From Marsupella aquatica (lineage: Eukaryota; Plantae; Marchantiophyta), in assembly GCA_973895155.1 (NCBI GenBank), contig OZ316891.1, forward strand, positions 31,999,112-32,063,111: DNA of 64,000 nt, given 5' to 3'. The notes under the pieces are model-generated. The model made no database searches and was not told where the DNA came from. It was given only the letters and a program-made list of their open reading frames with translations. The translations under genes were made by a program, and so were the position numbers. Position 1 is the first letter of the stretch. Every line of letters begins with the position of its first letter. Shown piece after piece: positions 49,650 through 62,300 of the stretch.

Positions 49650-52600
49650 TAACGTGACACTAGAAGAAACCGGCCCTATCTGAGACCCTCCCTTACATGA
49701 CTTACTTGAGACCTTTGGAAATCAGTGACTCCAAGGTTATTGGTGTCATCTTTGTTACACCTTCTCAACTAAGTTTTGGTGAATTTTTGGAGAGTCGTAT
49801 CTTTAACTATTTGGAGTGTTGCAATTGGAACTTAGTGTAGGCAATTATTTTGAAGTTTTATAAGTGACTCAGCACAATTATAATAGCGCTTTCTGCCATC
49901 TTTATCACCATGGTTGCACATATATAAGAACAATGTAACTTTGGCTCTTATTAAATAATAATCTCGGCCCACATCCCAAATCCAACCCATACATATATAC
50001 TTTATTTGTATGATTCACAAAATGATTATAGGTGTGGCTATATATACCTGAGGCCGGTGCAATTGCAAGTCGCGCGCCATGATGCAGGCCACTGGTTAAT
50101 TACTCCATCATACAAACAAAAAGACACACACTAAACCCACTAACATCATTTGGCAACGTTCTGTCTCCAAATATACCCCTTGGCCAATTTCAAATGGTTG
50201 CAGCTCCCTTCATGTAGGAATATTGAACGGCCCAATATAAGGGACTCTTTTTGTTAAGGGTACAATGTAATGCCTTTGCCGCAAGACCACTTCTACCTAC
50301 TCTTCCTTGTAATATGTGTTGCCCTCAATTGGCTTCATGAACCCCTTCACCTAATGGACCATGCCGCAAGTTTCCACATGCTACATGGTAATGCCTTTGC
50401 CCATCGAGTGTTTTGCCCGAACCCCTTGTGCCAAAACCCATGGGAGAAACAACGAGTGCCTTTGCGCGCATAGAGTGTCGGCATTTGGTGAGCGGGAAGG
50501 AAGAGCCAAACATCGTCAGGCTTGGGCTTTCGAGTGAATCCTATCGAGCTTCTTTGAGTGTCTTGTCTCCGCGCTTGCAGGAGACCCTGCTTGGATTCTT
50601 GCTACTATTGGGAGCTCGGGGTTGGAAGGAGGGTTGAGTCATTGGTGGTGGAAGGAGCTGTGGGTTTAGGAGGCTGCTTATTGCGAGCACAAAACATTGC
50701 AGCGGTGACATTGCTAGGTTTTGCGATTGTGCTGTGGGTTTAGGCCGGGTTACTATGAGCTTATGTTGTTGCAGCACTACCGTGGATAAGGGGCTGTGGA
50801 GGACCGAGGAGCTACGACGTAGAACTGAGGAGCTGCAAAAAAGTGGGGAGTGATCTTGAAGGCCAACTATCTAGCGTGAGGTGGATCATCGTGGTTGCAA
50901 TAGCGACCGGGCCCTGTTTTGCATTGGCACTGTCAGTAAGACAGTTTGTGGACGCGCGAAAGAGTCGCAAGGAGTTGTTCTTGCGGGCTGACACAACTTC
51001 ATGGGAGTGTTGAAGGTTTAGGGTGAGCAACAGTGGAGAGCTCATTGCTTGGTGGCAGGATTCAAGGTCGTCGGCACATTGTGGACATCTCACAAAGTTC
51101 ATTGTGTGAGGTGGATGATAGGGTTGCAAGGCCAACCGGGCCCTACTTTTGCATTGAGCAATGTGAGTGAGGTGAGGGGACCTATTGCTACCCTTTATGT
51201 TTGCGCTCCCATTGCCCCGATTATTGCTTGACAGCTTGCTGCGGAGTTTGTGAGGAGAGCGGAGTTTGTGAGGAGAGACATTGCAACCCTTTCTCGAACA
51301 AAATCTCTGGAGGTGGATAGGGTGGCCGCATTTTAGGTTTGTGGAGGACATTGTTTTGCTTGCATTTGCATTGTTCTTGTTGCGGACATTGGATTTCAAC
51401 AGCGAGGCTTTGAGGCGGAGTTGGAGTGGAGGTGAACATTGATCTCAACTGAGTGAGTTTGAGCTGCAACATAGGTGGACATTGCATCTGCTTTGAACCG
51501 CACTCCTCGGGAACAACTCTGGCATTTAAGCTTTCGGCGCTTCTCTTACTGCCGTGAACAACTCTGTAAGGTTGTAGGCAATAGTGCGCTTAGTGAGGTC
51601 CTACTTAGTCAAGAGCAACTTCTTCCTATCAAAGACACGCTTGGGATCCCAAACTCACATGATTGTCTGTTGAATGTGCTTTTTCACTGTCTCTCCCCAC
51701 GTCTCTCTTGGCAAAACTAGATGATACTCCAGCCTTTTACGATTCCTCTGTTTCATCAGTGTGTCAATCACTCCCTCACTTCTCATACCATAGTTACCTT
51801 CCCTATCAACATCGCTCTCATTGGAGCTGAAATCATCTTCTTGCGTCCTTCACAGCATCTGCTTAACGTTTGTGTAACCGGGAGTTACCAGGCCCTTTGA
51901 GTTTTTCATTGTTTGCCTATGGTGCTGGCATTATTGTCACACTTGTTCTCATTCCGCAGTGCACTATTTGCAATTCAATTATCCTTCAGAATTCTGTCAA
52001 AAGGTGAAGTATTAGTAAGTCCGACTACATTTTCCCTTTACTCACAATTTCATTTCATAATCGCCTACGTGTGGGAGCATTCCACAAACTGAGCAAAGGT
52101 GCAACTGTGGTGGAGATATGCGGAGCTGAGCTAAGCTAAATCTTGGCAGGTCCTCATCAATTGAGCGCAGGCTGGACTGACATGAGCGTTACTATTCAAA
52201 GAGGAAGCTGCTGAGTGCATGGAGCTGCAATTGACATTTGGTACTAATTGCTGATTTTGTTGGAGCTTCCTTTGCGCAAGCTAGGTGTATTCTGACCTTG
52301 GAGCTACCGGGGCCGCTACTGGAAGGTACTATTGCTCCTGACTACCATGACTGTAATGTCGGATATATGCGTGAATTGTCGTTTGAGTAATGCTTGTAAA
52401 ATCTTGTAATGCTTGTAAAATCTTTCAAAGTTTGTGAAGGTAAGATAAACTGTGGAGTCTCTCTGTCATTCTTCTTGTTCCAAGCCTACAACTCGTCCTT
52501 TTTGCCATGTCCTCTTCTGTATCCTGTTTTGTATCTTGTATTTTGTCACTTTAAATTGTCCATGATGTTGTGAGATGTTTCATTCGTTCTAGTTCGCTCT

Positions 52601-54174
52601 GGTTCAAGTCATTACTCAGTAAGTCAAATCTTCCATGGTTAGAAATTAAAGACAAGCTTAAAGAAACTAAATGGCAGTCCAATATTTGAGTTGGGGAAAA
52701 TAATGAGGAAATGAATGAGGTACAGGATACACATAAATAAAAATGACTGTGAGCTGCAGCTGGTCAGGTGGAGGGGATTGCAAACGCGCTACCATCAGCG
52801 ACACATCTCAACTTTCCGCAACGAGCGCTGTTGACATTCGGCTGGTTGTAAGTGTATTTCGAAATTGACCCTAACTTGCTTATGAAAATAAAACACTTCA
52901 AGCTATGAATATAATTACAGGAATGACATTTAAGGCCACCGCATGTTTGGTATTGGGTTCTCTAGAATTTTGGTACCCTCTTTCCTCACCTCAAATTTGA
53001 ACAATGATGGTAGTCTCAGGCTCCGTATTGCCTACAATCAGTGGTACTCAGCGTGGGAGCTGTTGAGGCTGATTTTGAGCCGAGCTTACCTGAGCACACT
53101 TGGGAGCTGCTGCATTGACAGGTCTGAAACTCTGACGGGTTGGCTTAAATCCTTTGCTTCCTTGTGCTCTATTTTGGGGAGTTAATAAAGTTTGGCCTTG
53201 AAATGGTTACTTACACTTATGTTTGAAAGTTGACCTGTAACTCCCCTGAGACCGGTACTCTGTCAGTTCCGCTGGTAGTCTGTCTGTCGGGTTCTTTCTA
53301 ATTTTGGTAGTCTGTTTGTTGGGTTCTTCAACTCCAGACATCTGAAATTTTTCCCCTCTCGCTGTATCCACTGATGCCAACTCACTTTCATCACCTCAAT
53401 TCTGAACAATGATGGTAGTCTCAGGCTCCATACTGCCTATAGTGAATGGTACTTGGTAAAGTTTCTATTGTCTCAATCGTACTTGAATTCGAGGAGAATA
53501 AGAAGAAGCCAAGGTCATTAATTATGTTGGTTGTGTCGACTCCTTGTTTTGTGTATTGTGACTTTGGCTCTAATGTGTGAGAGCTTCTAGCTGCGATGTC
53601 CACCTCAGATGAAGTGATTTGTCTCACAATGCCATTGCTCATGAAACCTTGCTTCTGCTGATGAAACCTTGGATCTTCTTAATCAAATGCTTGCTGCCTT
53701 GTTACAACGTTTGTCCAGTTGACCGCTTCAGTGCCTATTCTTCATTTCCTGTTGTTCCATTTTTGGATATTTTTGCTTAAGGAACCTGCATTTCCTTCCC
53801 TGTCCCCATGCTATCTCCACTGCACCTTCCATTGCTAGCTATGCTGATTCCTTCCACTGCTAGCTCTAGACAATGATGCAGTCCAAATGCTGATCAGTCT
53901 CACTGGGGTTGCCGGTGCAGACATGACTCGCACTGTGTGATTGTAGTTTTGTTTTGTCGGGAAGAATGTGTTTGGCTAAGATGCTAGATTGTGGCTTGTC
54001 TTCTTGCTTCTAGCTCGTGTATATTCAATTAATAGAAGCTAGGAACGAAGTGAAAATTGAATTTCCTTATATTAAGCATCTTGACCTAGAAACTCAATAC
54101 ATAAACTCCAGGAGTCCCTTGGGACATAAAATGAGCCAAATTGTTTCAAAATTGGGAACCTGCACCCGCACTAC

Positions 54175-54518
54175 TCAAACAAATGTGTTGGGCCTGGTGG
54201 CCTTGTAAGTCATCTTCAGCTTTCGCAATGGAGGTTGAATCTTGCGGTACGTCAAGGGGAACTTGATCTTCGAATCATGGAACTGCTTGGTACTTTCTCG
54301 CTTGCACAGAGAGACAGGGACTGTCGTAGTCTTGATGATCTGGATGCAAGGGAACCGAACTCTATGACAAGAAGCCATCTCATCATACATCTGCTCTACA
54401 GCTCCGTTCAACGTGGTATGACGATATTCCTTGTACATGTTGTGATAACCTGTACGACTCTAATACCTCACCCAGATACCGAAGTTCTTTTGTTTGTGGT
54501 GGGCTTCTTTTCGAAGAT
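54175..54518 (-). pseudogene. RPL18a: Captured last exon of 60S ribosomal protein L18a (eL20), decayed
   Basis: IFEKKPT...[40 protein letters not shown]...[12 protein letters not shown]...RPNTFV*; preceded by an intron-like acceptor CTACCAG|ATC; one frameshift and one stop. Confidence 0.92.
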
Positions 54519-55531
54519 CTGGTAGACACATTATTCAGCATTTGCTAACTTCAAAACTAGAAGGGTAACACATTAAACAACAGAGAAACTCACAAGTTCA
54601 TCCTCCTTTGGTCCTTTAGAGTCTGTACTTTGATTATGAAGTTTGACTGAGTTTCTATTTACTGAAAGAATGTGACTGTGTAAGAGTTCCGTTTGGCAGT
54701 GGATTGGTTGAAGCACTTCATGCTAGTGTGTTGTCCACAGCTCTTCAACCAGCTTTCGTATTCCTTGTCTTTCACCACTTACGATGACATCAATTCAGCT
54801 AAGACCATAGAAGGTTCCAAAGCATCTAACTTGTAAAATCGCATTCTGTTACATCAAGGACTAAGGTGTTGGGTGCCAAAGGAGACAGCACAACAAACAC
54901 GCTGAAAAGACTTCAGGACTAGGTTCAACAAGGTAGTGAAGGTGCTTAGAGCCATAGTAAGTATGCATTCTGTATCTTTCTCTGTTGATGTGAGCTTGTG
55001 CATAATGGGAGTTGTAGTTGGCAAGAGTTCCAAATATGAATAGATCCAGAAGTATGTGATCATGTACTTGCTCTATAAAGTTCTGAAGATATAAGCATTT
55101 TCTGTTAGACCAGGCAACTTGGGAGTTGGTAAGTGTCCCCTGCATCTGAGGGGCTACACCAGGGGCATCAGTGGAGGTTCACTTGCACAACACGACAGCC
55201 AGTGAATTTTCTCTCTACTGCAACCTGCAAGGTGAGACTTTCGGTCTTTCTGGATGAAAAAACAGGATTTTAATATGATTGATATACATGTCCGTTGAGA
55301 ACATGGGTTTATCACCAAGCTCTTTGTCTTAGGAAACTCATAAACTCAGAATCAAATATGTACTATGCATGTTTCATGCTATGTGTATACTATGACCTGT
55401 AGTTGGAACCAAGACAGTGAGTGGGAACTGATTAGTTTAGGTTGGTTGCTGTTGGCAAGGCAAGTCAACCTCCTGCTCACCTTGCTCATCAAAGGACGTG
55501 AATAGAGGACATCACAACAAAAGCAACACTT

Positions 55532-55981
55532 ATGGTGAGGACCCGCAACGCTGAACATGTGCGGCTTGCACGCAAGGCAGAGATGTTGCACCTTGAGTAT
55601 GTCAGACTTGGGATCCTTCCAGCCCAGTCTGCATGGTACTTTGAGTACCCTGTTGTTTCCAGGAACAACTACAGCCGGCCTCTACCTGCTTCAGTACCCT
55701 TCCCGACATCCTTGGTATTTGTGTCTCTTGTACATGACCTGCCACAAATTAGGTGCCAAGGGTGTGTGCACAGTTGCCAATATGACTGTCCTGCCTATAG
55801 GGCTTCTGGCCCAGAATTGGATGACCGTTCTCTTGGATGCCGATTTTTGCACAGAGCACAATGTATCATCTGGAACCACTCGCCATCCTGCAGTGTGCCT
55901 GGTGATGTCACTTGTCCTGCCCTCCCAGACCCCACCACTGGTGGCTTTGGTGTCTACACATGTTTGGATCACATGCTCTAG
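55532..55981 (+). CDS. CACTA cargo: Cys/His-rich protein of unknown function, copy 2
   Basis: 149-aa ATG ORF with CQGCVHSCQYDC...CRFLH...CIIWNH...C...C...CLDH; conserved with copy 1; the true reading frame is ambiguous. Confidence 0.5.
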   Translation: MVRTRNAEHVRLARKAEMLHLEYVRLGILPAQSAWYFEYPVVSRNNYSRPLPASVPFPTSLVFVSLVHDLPQIRCQGCVHSCQYDCPAYRASGPELDDRSLGCRFLHRAQCIIWNHSPSCSVPGDVTCPALPDPTTGGFGVYTCLDHML

Positions 55982-56750
55982 AGGACCACTTGTCACACCG
56001 CATGCACAGACCAAATACCATTGACCTATAGCTTAACACTCTGACTTCAACACAAAGGATATTTACTTAAAATTTTGATGTATGAGCAATTTTGGGTCCA
56101 GGGTTTAGGGTCAACAGTACATAACTTATCCTATTATGCCTGCACTAAGCAAAATATCCTAATTTAAGAGGCTAGCAAACTCGCTTAAAAGTCTCTATTG
56201 AAAGACTGCTTTAATATTGCTTTAACCTGGTGAACATTGCAACGTTGAATGAATTAATGGGCCATGTGATAACCTGCAAAATGTGATTTATGCCTCACTT
56301 ATTTGTCTCAGCCACTATCATAGCCTATTTAGGATGTATAAATTTCAACCCTTATGACACTGCTTCATACCAATCCTCTTCGAAGAATGCCTGTTTTACA
56401 TGTCACGACTATTGTATGTGATTCAAATGCATGAAATGTTGTTGCAGATCTCCTTTGGTGAATCATAGCCACAATTAAAATTGAGGTGTTGGTGGAGAAA
56501 TTGTATTAGGGGATCAGTTTTGTGTGTGGGCTCAACATACCAAAAGTATGTCTACTCTGCATCCTTGTGTGGCCATTCCAATTCATTGCAGTAGCAAATA
56601 CCTTTGTACCTTAAATGCTAAATATATTTTACTTTCTGTGCAGTCTGCTAAATTGCAGAGTCTATCTAAATGCCTTTGTACCTTAAATGCTAAATATATT
56701 TTACTTTCTGTGCAGTCTGCTGAATTGTAGAGTCTATCTCATGCGCAGGC

Positions 56751-56978
56751 ATGGCACGGCCTAAAATTCAAGCCAAAAAGCGTGTGACAGAGGTGAGAAA
56801 CACAAGTGTACTTGGGGCAGATGCTACTAACTTCTCTGCAAGTCAGATTTTCCAGAAGGCAGCTCATTGTTGTGCCATTTGTGACAATGGTGGGGGCCTG
56901 GTCATTTGTGAGGGCCTTTGCATGAGGCATTTCCACCTCAACCCGGAGTCTCACCCTAAACATGCACAGTGCACCTGA
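56751..56978 (+). pseudogene. CACTA cargo: EDM2-type PHD ORF, copy 2 (internally deleted)
   Basis: MARPKIQAKKR...CAICDNGGGLVICEGLCMRHFH, then jumps to sequence equivalent to 45085. Confidence 0.8.
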
Positions 56979-57488
56979 TGTGGATGTACTATTTTTGAGA
57001 TTGCAGAGATTCCAATTTTGAAAAGGAGTTGGGTATGCGAGTTTATATAGGCAACACTTATCTTCTGCTTTGGCGTCAGTGGCTGGGTACATGCCTATAA
57101 AAACTTATCCTTACAAGCCTTCTTGGAAGTATTTAGGCTGAGTGGTCATTTTCATAAACACTTTCATCAGACTGCTAAATTAAAACAGAACTTCTAAGTT
57201 GTAAGCGTATAAATTATCAGGCATGCAATTAATCAAATTGCCCTATAAGTTTGTCATTGAATGTATCCTCCTTTACAACAAAATATGTATGTGCCATGAC
57301 AAGTTGGTTGCACTTCATTTCACCTTCGATATGGATTTTGTAGTATATATTCAAACAATGTCCTGCATCCGTGCAGGTGCCTAGTATGTATTGTTCACAT
57401 ATCCCTTGTACCTATCAAAATTGGACCTGAGCACCAGTGGGCCAGATCAACTCAAAAAGCAAGAATTTTGTTGTCCTTGTATTGTCAG

Positions 57489-58409
57489 GTGAACCCATTC
57501 TTCCAAAATTCATTGTCATCACGTAGGGTGTGTGTACATGGAGCCTGGGAACGTAGAAAGTGTGACCACCCAGCAGTGTTTATAGGGGTCAGAGCCATTT
57601 TGGTCCATGGCCAGCATGGGTTGACCAAAGTGCATTGGCCAACTGTACAGAAACGATTCTCTGAGCTCCATGGCACTGTACTTCAGGACATCACTCCAGA
57701 GACTACACATGTTGTTGCAGGGACATGGCTATCAGTGATAAACAAGTGGTCATGGTCCTACATGAATTCTGCAATTACTAAGCAAGGCCTAAAAGTAGTT
57801 GAGGCCTCTTGGATCACAGATTCCATAGCACATAAGATTGTATAGGATACTGAGCAATATGAGCTGTGGGAGGATGAAGAAGCTATTGCATCAGCTTGGG
57901 CTGAACAAGAAGTCTGGGAAGCAAAGGCACGGCTTGCTGATGTCCAATATGGACCTGTACTCAACAAAGGACAGAGCTCTACAAGGCTGAAGAGTATGTT
58001 GGCTGAGGAGACGAAGCAACCAACCCCCATTCTGAAAGGGCTGAGCATGGTATTTGTGGAGGCGGGAATTGGAGAGGTTAAGTGCAAAGTGTACAAGTCC
58101 ACAGTGCTTGACCTAGGTGGGACAGTGGAGGAGAATATAACAGAGGACACCACTCATGTCATTACTAAGTCATATCCCAAAGCCTGCCGCAAGTTTGGGA
58201 AGGTAGACATTCGCTTTTATGTCATGTCCCATAATGTGTTTGTGGTTTCATATGCTTGGCTTGTGGAATCAGTAGCAGCTAGGAAGCGTCAAAACCCAAT
58301 GGACTATGATCTTTTTGAGGCCTGGCCACGGAAGGGTCAGGATCCTTACAGAGAGGACTATGAGACAACAAGTGAGGAATGGGTCATTAGCGATTCTGAA
58401 TCAGAGTGA
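57489..58409 (+). pseudogene. CACTA cargo: tandem BRCT protein, copy 2 (single TAG at 57843, which is CAG in copy 1)
   Basis: Two BRCT repeats: VFIGVRAILV...LHGTVLQDITPETTHVV...SWITDSI and ILKGLSMVFVEAG...LGGTVEENITEDTTHVI...AWLVESV; acceptor CAG at 57486-57488. Confidence 0.85.
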
Positions 58410-58705
58410 GGAGTAGTAGCATCAGTTTGGACACAATTTTTTTTGTATAAATCAGATCATTGAAATAAATGTGATCTTTGAACTAATGTACCTTGTTATG
58501 GTTGGTGGCAGTTGGGCTTATTTTACTGTTGGTGGATTGTTGTTTCCTGCTGCCTGGAGGTGTCACTGTAAACGTACTGGGTGGGCTCAAATCTCGGCGG
58601 CAGACTTTGGTGGGTATGTTGCCTTTCCTAGATCAATAGGCGCTATTACGGCTCCTCCTCCGGGTTGCCATATGGCTGGCCACAGTTAGGACTCTCCTGC
58701 ATGGG

Positions 58706-58954
58706 TTGGTGCTAAAACATTTCTTGGCACCGCCTGAGGATGCAAGAGATGTTGAATCTATCATGAATGAGGATGCACAGTCCAAAGTGGACATCTACTT
58801 TTCAGCAGATGAGTTAGACAAGCCCGATGTTGTAGGTGGTTCCTTGTTGCCTGATTTGGCAGATGATATAGTTCTTTCACATATCTGGCTGAGGGTTCTT
58901 GTGGTGTCCTGTGCACAAGATATCTGCAAATATAGATTTAATGTACATGCCTGA
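58706..58954 (+). pseudogene. CACTA cargo: F-box ORF, copy 2 (internally deleted)
   Basis: SLLPDLADDIVLSHIWLRV...ICKYR; homologous to the region from 49258 onward. Confidence 0.6.
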
Positions 58955-59362
58955 GTACCTGAGGTCTGAGTGGCATCGAGAACAGGGTTGGTACCCATAT
59001 CTCACCTGGTAATAAGGTGAGATATGTGATACCTCTCTCACACCTGTGCCTGTGACTATACATGATTGGACTCTGATATGGTCATGGGTGTACATGCAGA
59101 GGTGGTACATTTGAGGACAGCGGAGGAGGTGGTGACACCCTCCAACATTTAGGAATTTTGTGTCATTCACTTGACAATAGGTACACTACTCGCGAACCTG
59201 CTTTTTTCTTTTGGGGTGGTTTAGGGTTTGTGAGAATTTAGTACACGTTATATATGTTAACTCTTTTGGTAAATATAGTCAGGGATATATGGAACACAAA
59301 TACCACCATTAGGCATACTTGTTCACTGCTGTCCATGACTGCAGAGCTCCCAGCCTGTTACA

Positions 59363-62300
59363 ATGCACCCTGGTCACCACCCTCCCCAGACCCAGCCCAG
59401 GGCACAGGCACTGCCTTTGCATCATCCCACAAGGATATCACGCCATGATAATAAGCTTTGGCAACGTGAAAGGTTACGAACCAGACTTTTAGGAGCCAGT
59501 AGGATGAGATGTCCTTGTGCAATCTGCCAAGGATCCCGTACTAGGGGTCTGAATGAGGTTTGGCGGCATATCGCGGTTCATGGAAGAGATCCATGACATC
59601 AAGTTTGGAATGATCCTGTAGAGGAAGATTCTTCCTACGAGGAGTGGAGGTTAGAATTTGATGCTGCCAATGCTGCAAGACGGGCAAGTGAGGTTCTGCC
59701 TAGTGCATTTAAAAATGTTGTAGCTGGTCTCTGTGGGTTGTCAGCTCTCCAACGGGATGGTGCTCAGGCAGCACCACGTGACGAAGGAATTCATGTGGAA
59801 GAGATGGTGAGAGACATCTTCCAAGACTTGGATGCATTTCATGATGGGCTGGACAACAAAGAGGATACGGCTGCAGATGCAAGTGTGCCCCCTGTCGAAG
59901 AGCCTCTTGATGAGTTTGAGATAGGGCAGGAAACCCCTGGGCATGATGGGATGTTTGGCTCTCCCCTGCAAATACAGGAAGGCAGGAAGTCTTTGTACCC
60001 CGGTAGCAAATGTTCTAAATTGGGATTTGTCATCATGTTCCTGAACATTTGCGGCAACCACAATGTCCCCAACGTTTTGGTTTCTGAGTTGTTGGCATTC
60101 TTGCGAACAACTGTGCTACCAGATGGTAATATTTTGCCCAAGAATATGTACGAGGCAAAAAGATGCATAATTATCTAATCTTGGATTGAACTATGATTCC
60201 ATCCATGCCTGTCCTGATGGGCATGTTCTTTTCAGAAAGGAGTATAAAGAATCGTTGACATGCCCTAAGTGTGGGAAGCACAGGTATCGGAACTCAAGAA
60301 AGTCTATGGTTCCCGCCAAGGTACTTCGTCATTTTCCACTCATTCCCAGACTTCAGCGGATGTTCAGAAGCCGTGCCATCTCGGAGATGATGACTTGGGC
60401 AACTGACAAGAAAAGTGATGATGGGCTACAACGACATGCTGTAGATTCAAGGCAATGGAAACTCATAGATGAGATGTATCCCGAATTTGCTACTGAGCCG
60501 AGGAATGTCAGACTTGGGCTGTCATTGGATGGGGTAAACCCATTTGGAGACAAGAACAACAAATTTTTGTGCTGGCCTATAACTATTTTGAATTATAACC
60601 TTCCTCCTTGGATGACTACAAAGCGATTTTTTGTTCTAATGGTCCTACTGATACCAAGGCCAAACAGTGCTGTATCTGCCAACATAGATGTGTTTCTGGC
60701 TCCCCTAGTGGAGGAATTGAGAAAGCTTTGGGAGGAAGGAGTCCTCACATATGATGTCCTACAGAGGCTTGGGAGGTTAAACCCATTCATCCTTAGAGCC
60801 ATCATCATTCTGACTATAGCTGACTACCCAGCCCATGGGATGATATCAGACCAAACAACAAAAGGATATTGTGCTTGTACTATCTGTGGGCGCAATGTCA
60901 CCAGTGAGTACTCCAGAGCCCTGCAGAAAGTGATATACATGGGCCATCGTCGTTTTTGGAAGGCAGATCACCCTTACAGAGAAAGACATGCACTGATTGC
61001 ACACTTTGGCAATGAGATTGAGCAACGTGGACCCCCGGCACGAGTGACCAAAGAGGAGATCAGGCAGTGGGGAGCACTGAGGGATGACTATATCAAACGA
61101 GGGGGCAGGGAAGATGGAGTGAGTGATCCAATAAAGCGATATGGTGTAAAAAGACTGAGCATATTGGACTTGGAGCTCAAGTATTGGAGGGTAAGCCTCT
61201 TGGAGTTGATGCTAATTGGGATACATGTTTTGGTTTAGAGCATGTGCATTCATTTCGAAGAGAGAGACTAAACTTGAGGCATTTGCTGACGCTTTTGCAT
61301 TGCAATGGTGCAGGAGTTTGAGCCAAGCAAACATAACATTGTTGTTATGCACATTGAGAAGAATATTTGTGAGAGTCTACTCAGATTCTTGTGTGGAGAG
61401 AAAGACACTGGTTCAGTGAGATTGGATCTTGAACAGAGGGGAATGAAACCCCATCTTTGGTTGAGGCCACATGCCCACAGAGCTGATGTGCTCTTGAAGT
61501 ACCAAGCGCCCTATGTTCTGACAGACACAAAGTGACAACTATTTGTGCAGAGCTTGAGTTCTTTGAAGGTTCCTTCAAACTTTGGCAGTGCTTTCAAGAA
61601 GCACATCATGACTAGAAAGCTTGGTAGTATGAAAAGCCATGACTACCATATGTTGATGCAACAGGTGTTGCCTTTATGTCTGAGGGGCCTGTTGCAAAAG
61701 CCTGTTCGTAATGTGATCATGCGACTCAGTGATGTGTTTCGTCGTATTTGTGTGAAGGTTTGGGATGAAACACACTTCCCACAACTGACAGAAGATGTCG
61801 CTCAGGTGCTGTGTGACCTGGAGATTTATTTTCCTCCCGCATTTTTTGATGTCATGACCCACCTACTTGTCCATGTTGTGGAAGAACTACACCAATTTGG
61901 GCCTGTGAGTGCTCGTTGGTTGTACCCTTTGGAACAATACATGAAGCTACTCAAAGGTCACGTGAGAACATATTACAAACCTGAAGCAAGCATGGCTAAA
62001 GGTTACATTGAGGATGAGACTCTGGGATTTCTGACCGAATACATAGCACAATATGAGCATGTGAAGACCAGGGTGTGGAATTCTGATGAGGAGGAAGGGG
62101 TGATAGGTGAAGTACTGGAAGGGGTTGCAACCACAAAGAACCTGACCACATCTATGAGAGACTTGGCACATGACTTTGTATTGCACAACACTGTGGTGAT
62201 GGAACCCTGGATACAGTGAGTGCATACATGTGCTATAATCCAGTTCATGAGCTTAAATGTTGTGTGCGTGTGATTTTCTCCTTCAGCCTGTTCATATTTA

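Larger units (their letters stand above)
32517..49657 (+). mobile_element. CACTA (En/Spm) element 1, left part; interrupted by CACTA element 2
   Basis: TIR CACTAGTAGAAACCGG preceded by TAT; copy A continues uninterrupted at the same site (GTGTAT|GAATAC, 11866); subterminal TGAC/GTCA repeats. Confidence 0.85.

Noticed and set aside
50812-51399. 195-aa minus-strand ORF in CACTA element 2
   Set aside because: Low complexity, no ATG start, no recognisable motif and no counterpart in element 1
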